DNA of 64,000 nt from the NCBI GenBank assembly GCA_030704615.1, contig CM060731.1:23002001-23066000 (forward strand). Direction: 5' to 3'. Numbering within the stretch: position 1 is the first letter of the stretch; the number at the start of each line of letters is the position of its first letter. Source of the stretch: Takakia lepidozioides. Taxonomy: Eukaryota; Plantae; Bryophyta. Below the pieces are notes generated by a model. It was not told where the DNA came from. It did no database searches and saw only the letters and a list, made by a program, of their open reading frames with translations. Both the position numbers and the translations under genes were made by a program. Shown here piece by piece: positions 40,101-52,878 of the stretch.

Positions 40101-40834
40101 TTTTTTTTTTTTTTTTTTTTTGATAACATGACTTTGCCATGGAAGCTTTATTTATGTTTATTTTTGGTGGGGAAAAAAGTAAAACCCCTAAAAGGACCAT
40201 GAAGGTATGCACACCGTAGACAGTGAATGGCGAATCGACACTAGAGCATTCGTGTCTTTTCCGATTCGACTGCATGTCCGCGACCACTCCGGAAACCACT
40301 TGGTAGTAAACGGGACTACTGGAGAGTCGAAACAGACAATGTGGGCCCACGGGGGCATTTCAGACGGCGGACAGAAGTGGGGTCAACGACTCCGGAGTCG
40401 TAGCAGAATTCCGGGCTATTTTACGAATTGCGTAAATACATAAAATTTGAAAAAGCCAAAATTACAAGTGGTTGTAATTACTGCACATGCGACTACAAAT
40501 TTTCTTTCCTAATTCGATTAATGGAATAAAGATATTTATTCATTAAAGTGAATATGTAGTCGACTCAACGACTCCATGAACCACTGCGCATTCATTGCAC
40601 CCATGACTCGGCGGCACATTTGCTGACGTGGCTTTCAAAAAAAGAGGTAAACAAAATGTGGCCTTGGGGGAATAGATATTTTAATACGTGTTGCCTCCAC
40701 CTGGCAGAGACAAGGATGCAAGTGTTGCGTCGGACATGGCGGGACGTGGGAATGCAAATCCTGACACGGCAAGGCCTTCGTATACTGTGAGCGCGCGTAG
40801 TGGCTTCTCAGAACGGTGTGACATCGGGGTCTTG

Positions 40835-41692
40835 GTCATTCAACAATTACAGAACGTGCTGGATGGAGGCACGATGGAACGCGCATACGGGCATGCCCTT
40901 CTGGCATCAATTCCCAAGTATCCACGCAAGGTGAGGCTGCTGAATTGGGTTTTTGCCCGTCTAGTTTTCTGACAGCATGCTCGAAACGTTCATAGTGCCA
41001 TTGAGTGGCATCGCAATAATTTGATGTGTAGCTGCTTTTCCATTTCACAAGTTATGCAGAAGGCGTCACAGAAGAAGATCGCAAAGACGTCAAGGCTGAA
41101 GAATATGCCCTTTGGTTGTGAACTACAATCATATCATGCCAAAACCCATTTTCCCCACGCAGATGAGGGAGACATTCTGCATTTGCGAGTGGGACTTAAT
41201 TCCTCTAAACCCAGCTTGAAGGCAGTTGTGATACCAGAGAAACTGGAAACTACCTCCAAGAAAGTTGAAACTCGCAAGATAGTCATGTATTCGTCTCATT
41301 ATCTCCAACTGGGATTCCGAGTTATCATCCGACCCTTTACATGTGCGCTGGAATGGAGTATAATTCTGGTTTAGGCAGTTATTGTCACCAGACGTTCGCT
41401 TCTCCAATTTTTACATTTAAGGATGTGTCTGTGTTTATGGCACTCTTTCTCCCAATGAGGCCTGAGTACTTGCAAGAATTTGATGTGTAGCTGGTTTTCC
41501 CTTTCATAAATTATGAAGAAGCAGTCACAGAAGAAGATCGCAAAGAGGTCAAGGCTGAAAGCGTTCATTAAGGTTGTGAACTACAATCATATCATGCCAA
41601 ACCAGCGGCGGCAGATGGTGTCATGAGACATTCTGCGATTTGCGCATGACTTGAAGGCAGTTGTGACACCAGTGAAACTGGAAACTACAGGT
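40835..41692 (+). pseudogene. RPL27: Captured, partly duplicated fragments of 60S ribosomal protein eL27
   Basis: DGGTMERAYGHALLASIPKYPRK|gtgagg, then two copies about 459 bp apart of IMKKQSQKKIAKRSRLKAFIKVVNYNHIMP and LKAVV(T/I)P(V/E)KLETT. Confidence 0.85.
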
Positions 41693-42325
41693 AAGATGAT
41701 GGCGTGCTGCATCGCGACATAAACCTCACAAGACATTCAGGCTTAGGATTCATGCAATTTGGTACTAGTCAGGCCTGCACAGTTCCAGAGCACAAGTGAG
41801 AGCCCATCCGAGGGATGGGGACCTCGTAAGTGCTTCTTCATTTTGTACTCACCTTGTTTTTGCATCGCACTTGTGCTACAAGGGGCAGAGCCATTCATTT
41901 GGCTGGAGATTCAATTCCTCTACAAGTGAGCTATTCCCATGTCACTACAATCAGTTAGATGTGTTTGTGGTGGTTGCTGGATTTGCGGCTCTGGGGTGTC
42001 TTGCCAAGTGCTTGCAGGGATCAACGTTAATGTGGACGTGGCAGTACATGTAGCAAAAATGCTCATTCACTGGTGAAAAAGACCATGTTGCAACATATGT
42101 CATGCTATTGCTTCAAGAGTGTTGCTGTTGGGCAGATGGGAGAATGCAACAACGGTGAGAATGAAAGCAAGGGAAGCACAAAAAGGTGTCGTTCGGTCCT
42201 GCTCCTTTGGAGACACCCCCCATTCCACTGGTCTTTGTTCCTAGAAAGCATGCAGATAGGCCAGAAAATGCATGCACACATTCACGTCTACTTCCCGTAC
42301 ATGAAGACGATCCTCTCCTCACATG

Positions 42326-43459
42326 TCAGAAACAATATTGGCAACTCTTTGATCCGTATGGGTTTACTCCATCCGTAGATATAGCCAATCGCACATTGCG
42401 TGGGTCCTCAGTGAAATCGGGCCAAGTTGCATCTATATGCTTCCATGCAAGGGAATCTGGGACATGCCTTACCAAACCATCGTTTGAGGCATTCCTGGAA
42501 TGCCAAGTCATGAGCTCACTAATGGTCTTGCATTTGTACATTCGTAATAGACGGGGGATAAGGGGAAAGTGCCTCAACACCTTGGCTGGCTGTTGTAACC
42601 TGCCCACATCATGGTATCGGGCTGCACCGCATTTGGGGCACTCCATAGCATCCTTGTACTCTCTTCTGAAAAGTACATGTCCTTTTAGACATGCATGTAT
42701 TTTCACGTAGTTGAGGCCGAGCTTCCCAATCATTTGGTTGACCATGTGACAGCTTTTTGGCATTTCATTTGGTTGTGGAAGCAAGTTCAGCCGAAGCAAA
42801 GAGAACAACTCGTCCACAAAATGGTCCGAGACACCGTGGGTTATGCACAAGTTCATCAACAACATGGTGGCAGCAAGCTTTGTGGATTTGCATCCCTCGT
42901 ACAGTGGCACACATGCTTCTTCTAGTGTCATGTGTGCAGAATTCAATTCTCCATCTCCACCTCCTTCCACGCCTTCCCCCACGTGAATGCCTTCATTTCC
43001 TGCGTCATCACCATCCCCAGTTGTCGCAGTGCCGTCCCCCTCTTCAGCATCGTCCATGATGTGGAATGCTTCCTGCAACATTCGAGTAATCTCCACCCCT
43101 CCGTCCATGCCTGGTTCATGTCCTACGCCCATGACATAGTCCTCGTCTGGCCTGTCTGTATGGCTCCCTCGGGGGTGTGCATTGTCTAATTGTGCCCACT
43201 CCTCATCGTCTTCGTCTGCAGGTCCATCTCCAATCCACACCCGAAATGCTTCATGTCTTTTGTGGTGAAGGAGATGTGTGCGCACACCGTCCTCAGATCT
43301 ATTTGTAGTGCCCAAACAACGTTCACATGGGCATGGCATCCTTGAAAGCCCAAGGGCTCGGGCACGTGCCACTTCTCTTTCCCATAACCTGTCATCTCGG
43401 GTGTTCTGTCTACAGGGGTGATTAATTGGAAGTCCTCCGCATGGGCGAGGGGAACTCAT
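42326..43459 (-). pseudogene. CACTA TnpD transposase, N-terminal part only (transposase-associated domain + start of Transposase_21)
   Basis: MPCPCERC...HLL, KIHAC...ECPKCGAARY, PAKVLRHFPLIPRLLRMY and HVPDSLAWKHIDATWPDFTEDPRNVRLAISTDGVNPYG. No downstream TnpD domains were recognised. Confidence 0.92.
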
Positions 43460-45495
43460 TTTTGTTGGGGAGCCTCTTCAATGCTGTTTGTGCACGCCGT
43501 TGCAGGGGGCCGGATTCTCCTTTGCAGAGATTCCTCAATTTGGCTCTGCCACTCCCATTTCATTACCGTCAATTCCCTCCTCCTGCAATCTCAATTTGAA
43601 AGGTTCAGCCGCACATCCTTTGGCAGAGAAGACAGTTGACATTTTAGACCAATCGGTAGATTCCACAACATGATGAAAAGTTACACTCAACAGCAAACCA
43701 TTTAAAAGCCATCACGATGCTTCCCATCATAACTAGAATCTTTTCAACAAGACACTGAGAGAAATGACCAAAATCGACTCAAACAACGACATCCTGGAAA
43801 ACCACCTGTCTCTACAGTTCGTGTGTGTGTGAGGAATCAGAGGACGTATGTGGAATTTCAATTTTCACGATTGAGGACGTTGTGATCTTGGGCATATGGT
43901 TGAATGTGTATGAAATGTGTGCATTGAAGTGTGAACAACCTGACTACAAGGCCAGAACCTGCGCCACTTGTCTTAGGCCATCTCCAAATCACGTTTCGGC
44001 GGACAATCCCGTTCCGTTGCTGTGAAATTGCACCGTGGCGGGAAGGGAGTCCATTTGTGTGGCTCTATCACCATGGCGGGGAGGGGAGCATGTTAAAAAT
44101 GGAGCATCGCCCTGCCACTTCACTCATTTGCTGTTTGCAACTTCTTCCACCATCTTTCTTACTTAATTCTGATTCTTGCAATGCCCTTGAGACGGCAACT
44201 GCAAGTGACCGGATCCTTTGATCGTCGCATTCAAAGATACTTACGTGTAGCAGATCGCAGACCCCCAAATGCCTGGAGAGAAAGCCAGACGGCAGTCAAT
44301 GCATGCACGGTTGTTTTGCACTGGTTGGGACGGAGTGGGGTGCAGAGGAGGCGTGTTGTGCCCGAGTTCGCATGCCTAGCATCCTGCAGCCGGCGGCTTT
44401 TGCACGTTGGGCAGCAGTACCCTCTGCTGTATGATTACCATTTGTGGTACAGACTCACCGGCCTCCCCTGTCCACTTGGGTCTTGGGACAGCGACTTATG
44501 GAGTATGTAGACAGAGTTGCATGTCGCGCAGGTACACCAAAATCTCCCATGTAACATAAACCCATTTCTCATTCATGCTTGCATGTGATCCACGGGGTAA
44601 TTTCCATGTTCTCCCAGCTGATGTGGGTTCGCAAATTCTCTGTGTGTAGGTGTGTGTGTGTGAGGACCTCAACCTGGCATGATGCGATGGGTGTCGAATG
44701 GACCCTTCTCTGCGATGGGAAAACCACTACAGTTGAGTTTGTTTTTGCTGAATCATTTGGCAGAGCACTGTGTTCACTTCTCACACATCATGCGCATTTT
44801 CTCCAAGAATGCATGTAAAGCGGAGCCATACACGGCATCATTGCAGTGTGTTTCCTTCGCCTAATTTTGAACGAAAAAAAGTTAACGGATCCATGTCAGT
44901 TGTGTGAATCACTACATCTAGTTGTCTGGAGGATTGTAAGTGGTTTAGGGTTTAACGTCTCAAAGTCGAAAAGGCCATAGTGTCGGATGCATGACACGTG
45001 TTCATATTTGAAATCAACAACGGCCGGATCTTCACTACAAATCGGGGGGGGGGGTGTGATCACACTCCCCTCCTTGTCCTTCTTTCTTCCTTTGCATGTC
45101 TTGGTCTTCCTCGCTTGTCTTTGTCTTGGTCATGGTCTATGTCCTCGCTCGTCTTCATCTTTGTCATGGTTTATGTCCACGCCTAGTAAAAAGTGCTCGA
45201 CCACCGAGGCAACATCACCTCCTCCCACTTCTGCACATTCCAGCCCCGCGGTGCGAAGGAGCCCCCGCTTGGCTCGACTGAATCCGGTACAGATGGCGTC
45301 GGTGCGAGAGGGAAGGCAGAGCGGTGGGCGGTCTTCGAGTTCGGATTTTGACACAAGCGAGTATAGCATGGGCGACGACGATGAGGTGGAGGACAGTTCG
45401 GCGGAAATTGCACCTCCATCTGCAGAGTCTCTCCAAAAGGTGCGCAAACGGCACAAACCCGCTGCGCATGAGGTGAGTTCCACCCCTACTTGTGT

Positions 45496-46672
45496 TCATG
45501 TTTTTTGGGCATTGAGTTCTCCTGAAACTGAAACTGGGATGCACATATCCATAAAGTTGTTCAAACGGATCTCGTAGTATACAGGGCAGTAGAAGAAGAA
45601 GTGTTCTTCAGTTTCAATTTCCTTGCTGTGCCCTATGCAAGCTGGACATAGGCGGTCCTCCCGTTGCAGGTTTTCCCATCTGTCAGTCTCTATCCGTAGG
45701 TTGTGGGAACCCACCCTGAACCGCCCCAATGTCCTCAAGAGGGAAGGAGGTAAGGGTGCTGAAAGGTAATTTGGTCTGAAGATTCAATCATCGCGGAGCA
45801 CCAAGAATGTCTCTCGATAGAAGTGGAGCTTTGTTGTGAGATTGGGTAGCATCCAAGTTCTCTTGACATGTAATTCCATAAGCTCTCTCCGAATGAGTCT
45901 GTTGCGGTCATGTCTGGATGTGATGTCCACCTCATCTGGGTTCATTGGTAATAGGAAAGCAGTAGAAAGTCCGTTACGTTTCAATAAACTGTCCACTCGA
46001 GCATACCAGGAGTTCCCGAAACCTGCAGCTTTGAGCCTCATAGATGTTGTGATGGCCCTTGCCACTAGCCCTTTGGGTGGAAGGGCCTGCAATCTATGGA
46101 GAAAGATTGTAAGCCTGAACTATGCCTCGGATTGCAATGGTACACATGCGAACTTTGCACCTAGGATCTGAGATGGAGTTGTGCTCCTGGCGCCAAGCAT
46201 TGCTTGGAGAAAAGATGACTGTAATGGTTCCAAATTCTTTTCCCACCAGGAGACAGGGACACCAGGTGCCCAGAACTCACAACCATTGATGGTAGCAAGG
46301 CTGACGACGGTGTCCAACAACCACTTTTTGGTCAGGGGATGCCGCATATGTATTTGCTTGCATTTGGCGTGAAGGCGGACGGAGGCGCCTTACCTTTAGT
46401 CAATCTGTCCAAGGCAGTGGCTGCAAAGTGAAACTTGGGGGAGTGGATAACCAGACCTAGGTACCGGTATGATTTGACAATCTCAATTTCCTGCTGGTTG
46501 AAGATGAATCTACGATCAGCCCGGCCATTGAAGACCATGATCTTGGTCTTGCTAAGATTGACTTGCATCCCATAGTCTTTGCAGAACTGTTCCAAAATTT
46601 TGAGATGGCGTTGCAGAAAGACCGGGGATTGTGCCAAATGGGCAACATCATCAGCGTAGAGGAGATCTGATT
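45496..46672 (-). mobile_element. Non-L1 LINE fragment (RTEX/CR1-like RT C-terminus) in the first intron of the TnpA-like gene
   Basis: LLYADD...LQRHLKILEQFC...VNLSKTKIMVF...YRYLGL, GCEFW and RFRVGSHNLRIETDRW...RLCPAC...ETEEHFFFYCPVY. Confidence 0.88.
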
Positions 46673-49062
46673 GGGCAGAAAATGAAGTTAGGCAGAAAAC
46701 ATCCCTGAACATGTTTTCAATTTGTGACATGGGGGAGGACATTGTGGAAAAACCTTCAAGTCTACCACTGTGTGCAGATGGACTAGTTTTTAGGTCAAGG
46801 AAATGTTGCTTTGTCACGTCATTGCACCTGCGTTGGAGTACACATTTGCTATATGCGTTGATAACTCCAACGAGGCTAGGTCTGCAATATCCTTTCAATT
46901 GAATTGTGTCTGCACCTGTGTTTACCAACATTGAGAGTTTTTAGGCCTTTTGGGGCTCCGTTGCTGGGCTCCGCCATACAGCCATTTGTTGATTGTGTGA
47001 ATAGATATCCACTGGATATGTGCAAAACCCGGATGGATGTTCTGTTTCCTGGTAAGTTTCATGTGGTACTGATGTGAACCCGCCCACATTCTGTTTCTTC
47101 ACCAATGAATGGCTTTACATGTTATGAGGACATTCTGTCCCTCTCCTTTTCAGTTTTTGGCACTTGCGCTGCAGGGGAGTGGGTTTGAGGTCAGCCAATC
47201 CATAGTTGTGGTTGTGGGATGTTTTGTGCTCTGGTGACGTTGTGTTCAGTAGGACTACAGCTGATGCACCTTGTGTGTGGGATGTTTTTGGCAGCGGAAG
47301 GGGAGTGAAGCTGCAGCAAAGCACTCATAGCCACCACACAATGCCAACCAACACCAACCTTGGCACCCACCCCCTGCCGGATGGTCTCCACAACAGAGTG
47401 CACCATGGGGAGCCCCCCCCCCCCGCTTCGGGGTCGTGGCGCTGGCTTCCTGATGTTGCCACGTCACAATGGGGGTCTCCCACATCTCCATACGGCCCTC
47501 CCCCCTCCGGCACACATCAGTCACCCCCCACAACGTATGACGGCGCTGCTCCAGAGCATGGGGGCAGGAAACGGACATCAGAGCTGAGGAAGGAACGACG
47601 CCATGCCATGAAACAATGGGAAGGAGATGGAGAGGGAAGGGTGGCTGTAGGGCTAAAGCGCCACAAGGTGGAGGTGCATGGAAATGGAGTCATCAATGCT
47701 GGCTGCGAAGGTAAGGAACACTGGCAGCGTGATTTGCGTGGCCTGGCATTGCGTTACCTTGACTCAAGCGTACAAGACATTGACCAGCAGTCCCAGAGTG
47801 CCATGTCAACAGTAATAGAGGACATAAATGAAATGTACGAGTACACACCTATCCCTGCCAATCGTGATTTTATAGTGAAGCAATGTGGGAAGATAATGAA
47901 AGGAGAAAGAGCAAAACTGAAAGATAAATGGGCGAAGACTGGTGTGAGGCCAATGAACACTGAACCCGCCTATTGGGATAAGCTTGTTGCCTACTGGGAG
48001 TCCCCTCGTGGACTTGCAAAGGCTGAAGGGATGAAGCAAGCGCGTGCTTGTGTCACGAACCCCTCGCGTTGGAGCCGGGCAGGAGTTGCAGGCCAAGCAG
48101 CCCGTTTGGTAATCTCCCTCACCCCCTTCTCATTGCTCTTACGTTGTGGCATGTTCTGATGGAAGAGACACCCACGAGTGGGTTTTATTGCTTGTGCAGA
48201 ATTAGTTGTTATGTGATATGCAGGGCAGTGCTTTGTCCATATGCTCCTGGCATTTGTACTGACAGTGTGTGGATGGGCAAATACAGAAAAGACGCAAAGC
48301 GCGGAGCCCGTCACTGTCCGAGCTCGGGGCGGAGCAAAAGAACGCTGCGACTGGCACCCCATCAGAGTCTGTTTTGAGCCAGGTATGTTTTGAAGTCCGG
48401 TTTCCATTCATGAATCTGTTGTTGTACTAAGATTTGGTGGGTATGTGGGGCCCCCACGCATGGTACACGAGGGTGTTATGCCAAACCCAGCCATCTCCGA
48501 ATGCCTGAAATCCTGCACATTCGGCCTCTTCTTCTGGTTTTTAACAGTACGGGTGGGTGTTTGTATGCGTAGGGAGCGGGGAACTCAATGGCAGCCCGCA
48601 TCGGGGCCCTGGAGAGGCTTGCGGCTCTCTCTGCGGAGCGGGAGAGGGGAATGGAAGCACAACTGAAGAAGATAGTGGAACTCATGATGGGGCAAAAGGG
48701 GGTGTGACGGGTGACATTATGGAAGACCCCCCTGCTGCGACCATTGTACCTGACAAGGAGGAAGTAATTGTAGTGGGTAGGGATGTGACAGAGGTCCGGG
48801 CTGTTGTTGATGATATTCACAGTGGGGGGCAGGGTCCACTCGTTGAAGAGGGAGAGGTCGAGCAAGTTGGTGGGGATGACATGGACGATGGGGGGTCATT
48901 GCTCATGATGGGGGAAAAGGGGAAGCTGTAGGGGGAGAGGGTGGTAGTTTGCTTGGTCCAGGCTGCAGGGGGACCGAAACTTTGCCCTCCGGGGTGACTG
49001 TTGTCTCCCAACCAACTGAGGTGAGACCCCGTGACACCCCTTCAAAAGCTCATTTCATAGAA

Positions 49063-49640
49063 AAGTCGAAACTAATTGTTCTAGACCTGAACGGGATCCT
49101 GTGCCACTCTATTCCTAACTTTCAGCCCAACCCGAGGCATCATTGGCCATGGTGTTGACCACCAACAAGTATGTTTTCCCAAGGCCCCAGGTCTGCGAGT
49201 TTTTAAACCTTCTCTTCCGGTATTTCTACATTGGGATATGGTCATGTGCTTCCAAGGGGAATGTTGCAGACATCTTCAAAGTGGTGATGTAGGGGGTCAA
49301 GGGTTCTCCCCTGTTTGTGTGGTCACAAGAGGAGTGTGACCCCTTGACAGAGCCACACCCCACAAAAGGGCCTGTCGTACAGAACTTACAGAAGAGACTG
49401 TCAAGGGTGTGGTCGGAATTTTCTGGATTTAACGAATCCAACACCCTCCTAGTGGATGACTCACCACACAAGGGGAGGGGGAACTCCCCTTTGAACATGG
49501 TCCATCCATTGTCGTTTGATGTCACTGGCAATGTCAGTGAGGGGCCCGATTCAGACTACCTTTTAGAAACAGTCTGGCCCTACTGCCAAGATTTGTTTTG
49601 CTCCAAGGATGTGCGTGTCTTCACAAGCACGCGGAAGCTG
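49063..49640 (+). pseudogene. FCP1/NIF-family HAD phosphatase-like domain inside the CACTA element
   Basis: KLIVLDLNGILCH, VFPRPQVCEFL...FYIGIWSCA, LFVWSQEEC, KRLSRVW and NTLLVDDSPHK...VHPLSF. One frameshift at about 49150 and one stop at about 49289. Confidence 0.85.
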
Positions 49641-52600
49641 ACCCCGACTAGCAGCTTGAATGTGGGAGAGGATGGAGTCGTTGGGGGAAGTACTTTTGCG
49701 CCCATGCAGGTGAAACTAACCTTACTATTTGCAACATGACATCGAAGCCAAAGTCCATGTTTGTTTTGTTCCCCCCGGATGCCCTCTCACGCAAGGCTGG
49801 CACTATATGTTTTGCAGGGACCAATGTACAGGGAGTGGCAGTGGGGTCGAATGTGAAGAAGGTGGGTCCTGCGCCTAGGACCATAGTGCTACGGCGGCAG
49901 CATTCCGGAGGCAGCGCCCAAGGTATGGTTGTTCCCAGCCCCTCTCCGCAAACTTACTTGGTTGGTTTCCTTTATGGATACACTTCCTGAAGCGTTGCAA
50001 TGTGTATTCATTACAGGTGAGCAAGAGGAGTGGGCTGTCCCCGGCACCATCATCGCAGCAGGACGTGGTTCCCTAGGCATGCATTCATGGCTCCTTGCTT
50101 TGCCTGGCTGGTTTTTAGTAGGGTTATTTTTGCCAGGAAGTTGTAGTGTGCAGGGTCTGAGCAGGGTGTTTGTTAGCTTGCTCCGTGGAGGTGTGTTTAT
50201 ACCATTGCAACCACCAGAGTTCATGTTATTCTTATCCGTCTGACTAAACCTCTTTTTGCTGCTGCAGTTGAAGACACGTGGGCAGCTTTCCTCAGTTGCC
50301 ACCCTCAGCGACGAGCTTTGCTTCAAGGTACGTTGGTACACCGTGAATTTGCTGCTGATTCAGTATTGTGGCAACCAAGATCGTTTCCATGCCCAACTGC
50401 GCTTGACTTTCACCCTGTCATTGCTATGTTTGTTGCTGAGTGGACCCTGATGTTGGTGTCTGTAGATATCAGATCTTGTGTTTCTCGTGAACCCCCATGA
50501 CAAGCGGTCAAAGACAGCCGCCGCCAAGGCGGAAGTGGTGGGAATAGCCGGGGTTGACAAGTTCCACTGCAAGGACATTCGATCCGGGTGGTACAAGGTG
50601 AAAGTCCACGAGAACATGGTTCCAAGTGTTACATTGCCTTGCCCAATGTGGACGATGCTGCCCCCCCCCCCCCAGACCACACTAGCGCACGTGAAAGGCA
50701 CGGTGACTCTGTGGCCAGAGAAGAGTATGAGGAAAGGTGAAAGTATCAAGTGACATTTCATGTTTGTAGTCCCTGTTGGGTGTGTAATGATACTCATAGA
50801 AGTATGTATGATACTCACGTTACCAGTTTTGAACATTTGGGCCATGACAGTTTAAGTGATGTCCGGCAACCATGTATGTGGCATTTAGTCTTGCTCATAT
50901 GCAGGTGTGCCGTGACGGTCTCTAATTTGAATGTAATATCACATTTCCTGACTTGTCGTCGTGTCCGTCCACCTTCTATGTGTATGTGTGATGGTCTTTG
51001 GTCTCCCTGTTGCCTCGTCTATTTGGTTCATTAGCGTGATGTTGTGCATGCATCGTGGTCTGTGTTCTGAGTCTCGCCCAGTATCATTGCTTCTCAATTC
51101 CCCCTGCATATGGGTGAACCACTAAAACCCGTAGAATGCATCAGAACCATATTTTCAACTTAGAATGCAGGTCAGTTGGAAACTCACACAAACCACTACA
51201 AGTGCTTATTTTTCGTGCTTTCCTACTGTAGTGCAACCAACTAGCACAGTGGCAGTGGAGTTGGCCAAAGCAGTCCCGAGATGGCACAAGCACTCTACGT
51301 CTTTCCACTAGCAGTCGTACCCGTCACTGCCATTGCGTGGGGACGACGCCACGCGTCGACCCACACACTCTCCACGTGGTCCCCGTGGATTCGTCTGCCG
51401 GCAGTTGTGCAGTCGACTTCGCCAGTGGCTGTTGCGACGTCACATGCAGCACTCCAAGTGATGTGGCCGACTGCGATGTGGCGTCTTGGGCCCGTGGCCA
51501 CGCGGCAGCATTGCCGCTCGTCGCGGCGCCGCCACATCGACATCCAAGTCCGCATCCACGTCCGCGTCCATGTGTCACCGCGCCCCGGGTGAGTCAGTCC
51601 ACTCATCTGGAGGGAAAAGTCAAAGTCAACCCAAATGGTCAGACACACGGGCGGCCCGCCTGGTTACGCCACGTGGTTCTTCAACATTAATCGCATTAAT
51701 CGTTGAGCAGTTGTTCGCGCATCTGCGTTCTTTACCACTCCAATCATTGGATGTCCAACCCAACTACCACGTCTGTTGTAACTAGTCTGTTGTAACTTCC
51801 AGTCGATCCCAATTTTTTGACTTTTACGACTCAAAATGAGTCGTTACCCCAGTGGTAAATGACACGAATGCTTCTAGTGCGACCTCCTATTGGAGAATTC
51901 CAAGAAATTAGGGCATTATGCCTAATGTAGTGCTGAGCGAGTAGCTCACCTAGGGAGCTTCTAGCAAGCAGCAGTCTAAGAGCGTGTGTAGGTTTTGCCA
52001 GCAGATGTAGAGTCCTAGCGAAGAGCTTGATGATGACTACTACTCTATTGCTATTGATCTGTTCTTGGAATGTCAACGGAACTTGAGTCTCGCAGCTAAC
52101 TTGATGTGGCGCCAATTAATGTCTCTGTCAAATTCGGGGGAGAGTGTGGATGGCCGTTCTGAGCCCCCTCCAGGCGTGTGGTGGGCTGGCAACCCAGTTG
52201 CATTCGCTTAGTGAAGTGGTAGTGCAGATGTGCCCTTGTCTGCCCCAGGATGATCTGAAGTCTGCATGCAGGTTGGCTGCTTGTTGAGGGTGTCTGTCCA
52301 TTTCTGAGTGTCGTCTGCAAGTGCTGGTGTGAGCATGAGAGGAGGCCCGCATGGTGAATCGAGCATGTCTTTGAAATCCATCGTCGGGGGTGCGAGTCTT
52401 GTACCTGTGGAGGCCGTGGAGTAGGCGTCAACTGGTGGGGCATCGTCGGTGTTGCTACCATTGATTGGCTGGAGGCACTCGAGGAAGAGGACTGGTGCTT
52501 TGTTTCTGTTACCCCGTAGAAATGGTCCCTGGTGCGCTGCAGGTCGCCTCGGTGGTTGTCTTCGTCGATTTCTGCTTCTATGATAGCATCCAGCAGTGTA

Positions 52601-52878
52601 AAAGCATTTGAGAGTGTCTCCTTGAATTCCGGTCTGAGTTTGCTAACCCCCCTTGGCTCTGAGAGAATGCTTCTTTTAACCCAGATTGCTCCCTGAGGCG
52701 GCTAGGCTATGTAGATGTCAGCCTCCTCCATAAGGGCCAAGATGTGGGCAGCTGGGTTGCAGCTGAGCCCTTGGAAGTTTTCCAAGTATGAACCCTACGA
52801 CACTTTGGTGGTGCCAGCCAGGTGGTAGTAGGGTAAGAAGGCCGTGAAGAATTCTTGTAATTTTTTTTTAGCATGTTC

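Larger units (their letters stand above)
45173..50753 (+). pseudogene. Multi-exon TnpA-like gene of the CACTA element (Ptta/En/Spm-like and Tnp1-like domains) with an embedded FCP1-like domain
   Basis: Exon 1 is 45173-45472 (|gtgagt). At about 47.3-48.1 kb is YWDKLVAYWESPRGLAKAEGMKQAR (Transposase_24-like). The last exon is FHCKDIRSGWYKVKVHENMVPSVTLPCP...TTLAHVKGTVTLWP (Transposase_23-like). Internal exon boundaries are approximate. Confidence 0.65.
40239..51879. mobile_element. CACTA (En/Spm) DNA transposon, 11641 bp, non-autonomous
   Basis: The left end is CACTAGAGCATTCGTGTC. The right end is GACACGAATGCTTCTAGTG, whose reverse complement is CACTAGAAGCATTCGTGTC. A 3-bp TSD, CGA, flanks both ends (40236-40238, 51880-51882). 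Subterminal CGACTC/GAGTCG motifs and internal TnpD- and TnpA-like genes are present. Confidence 0.93.
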
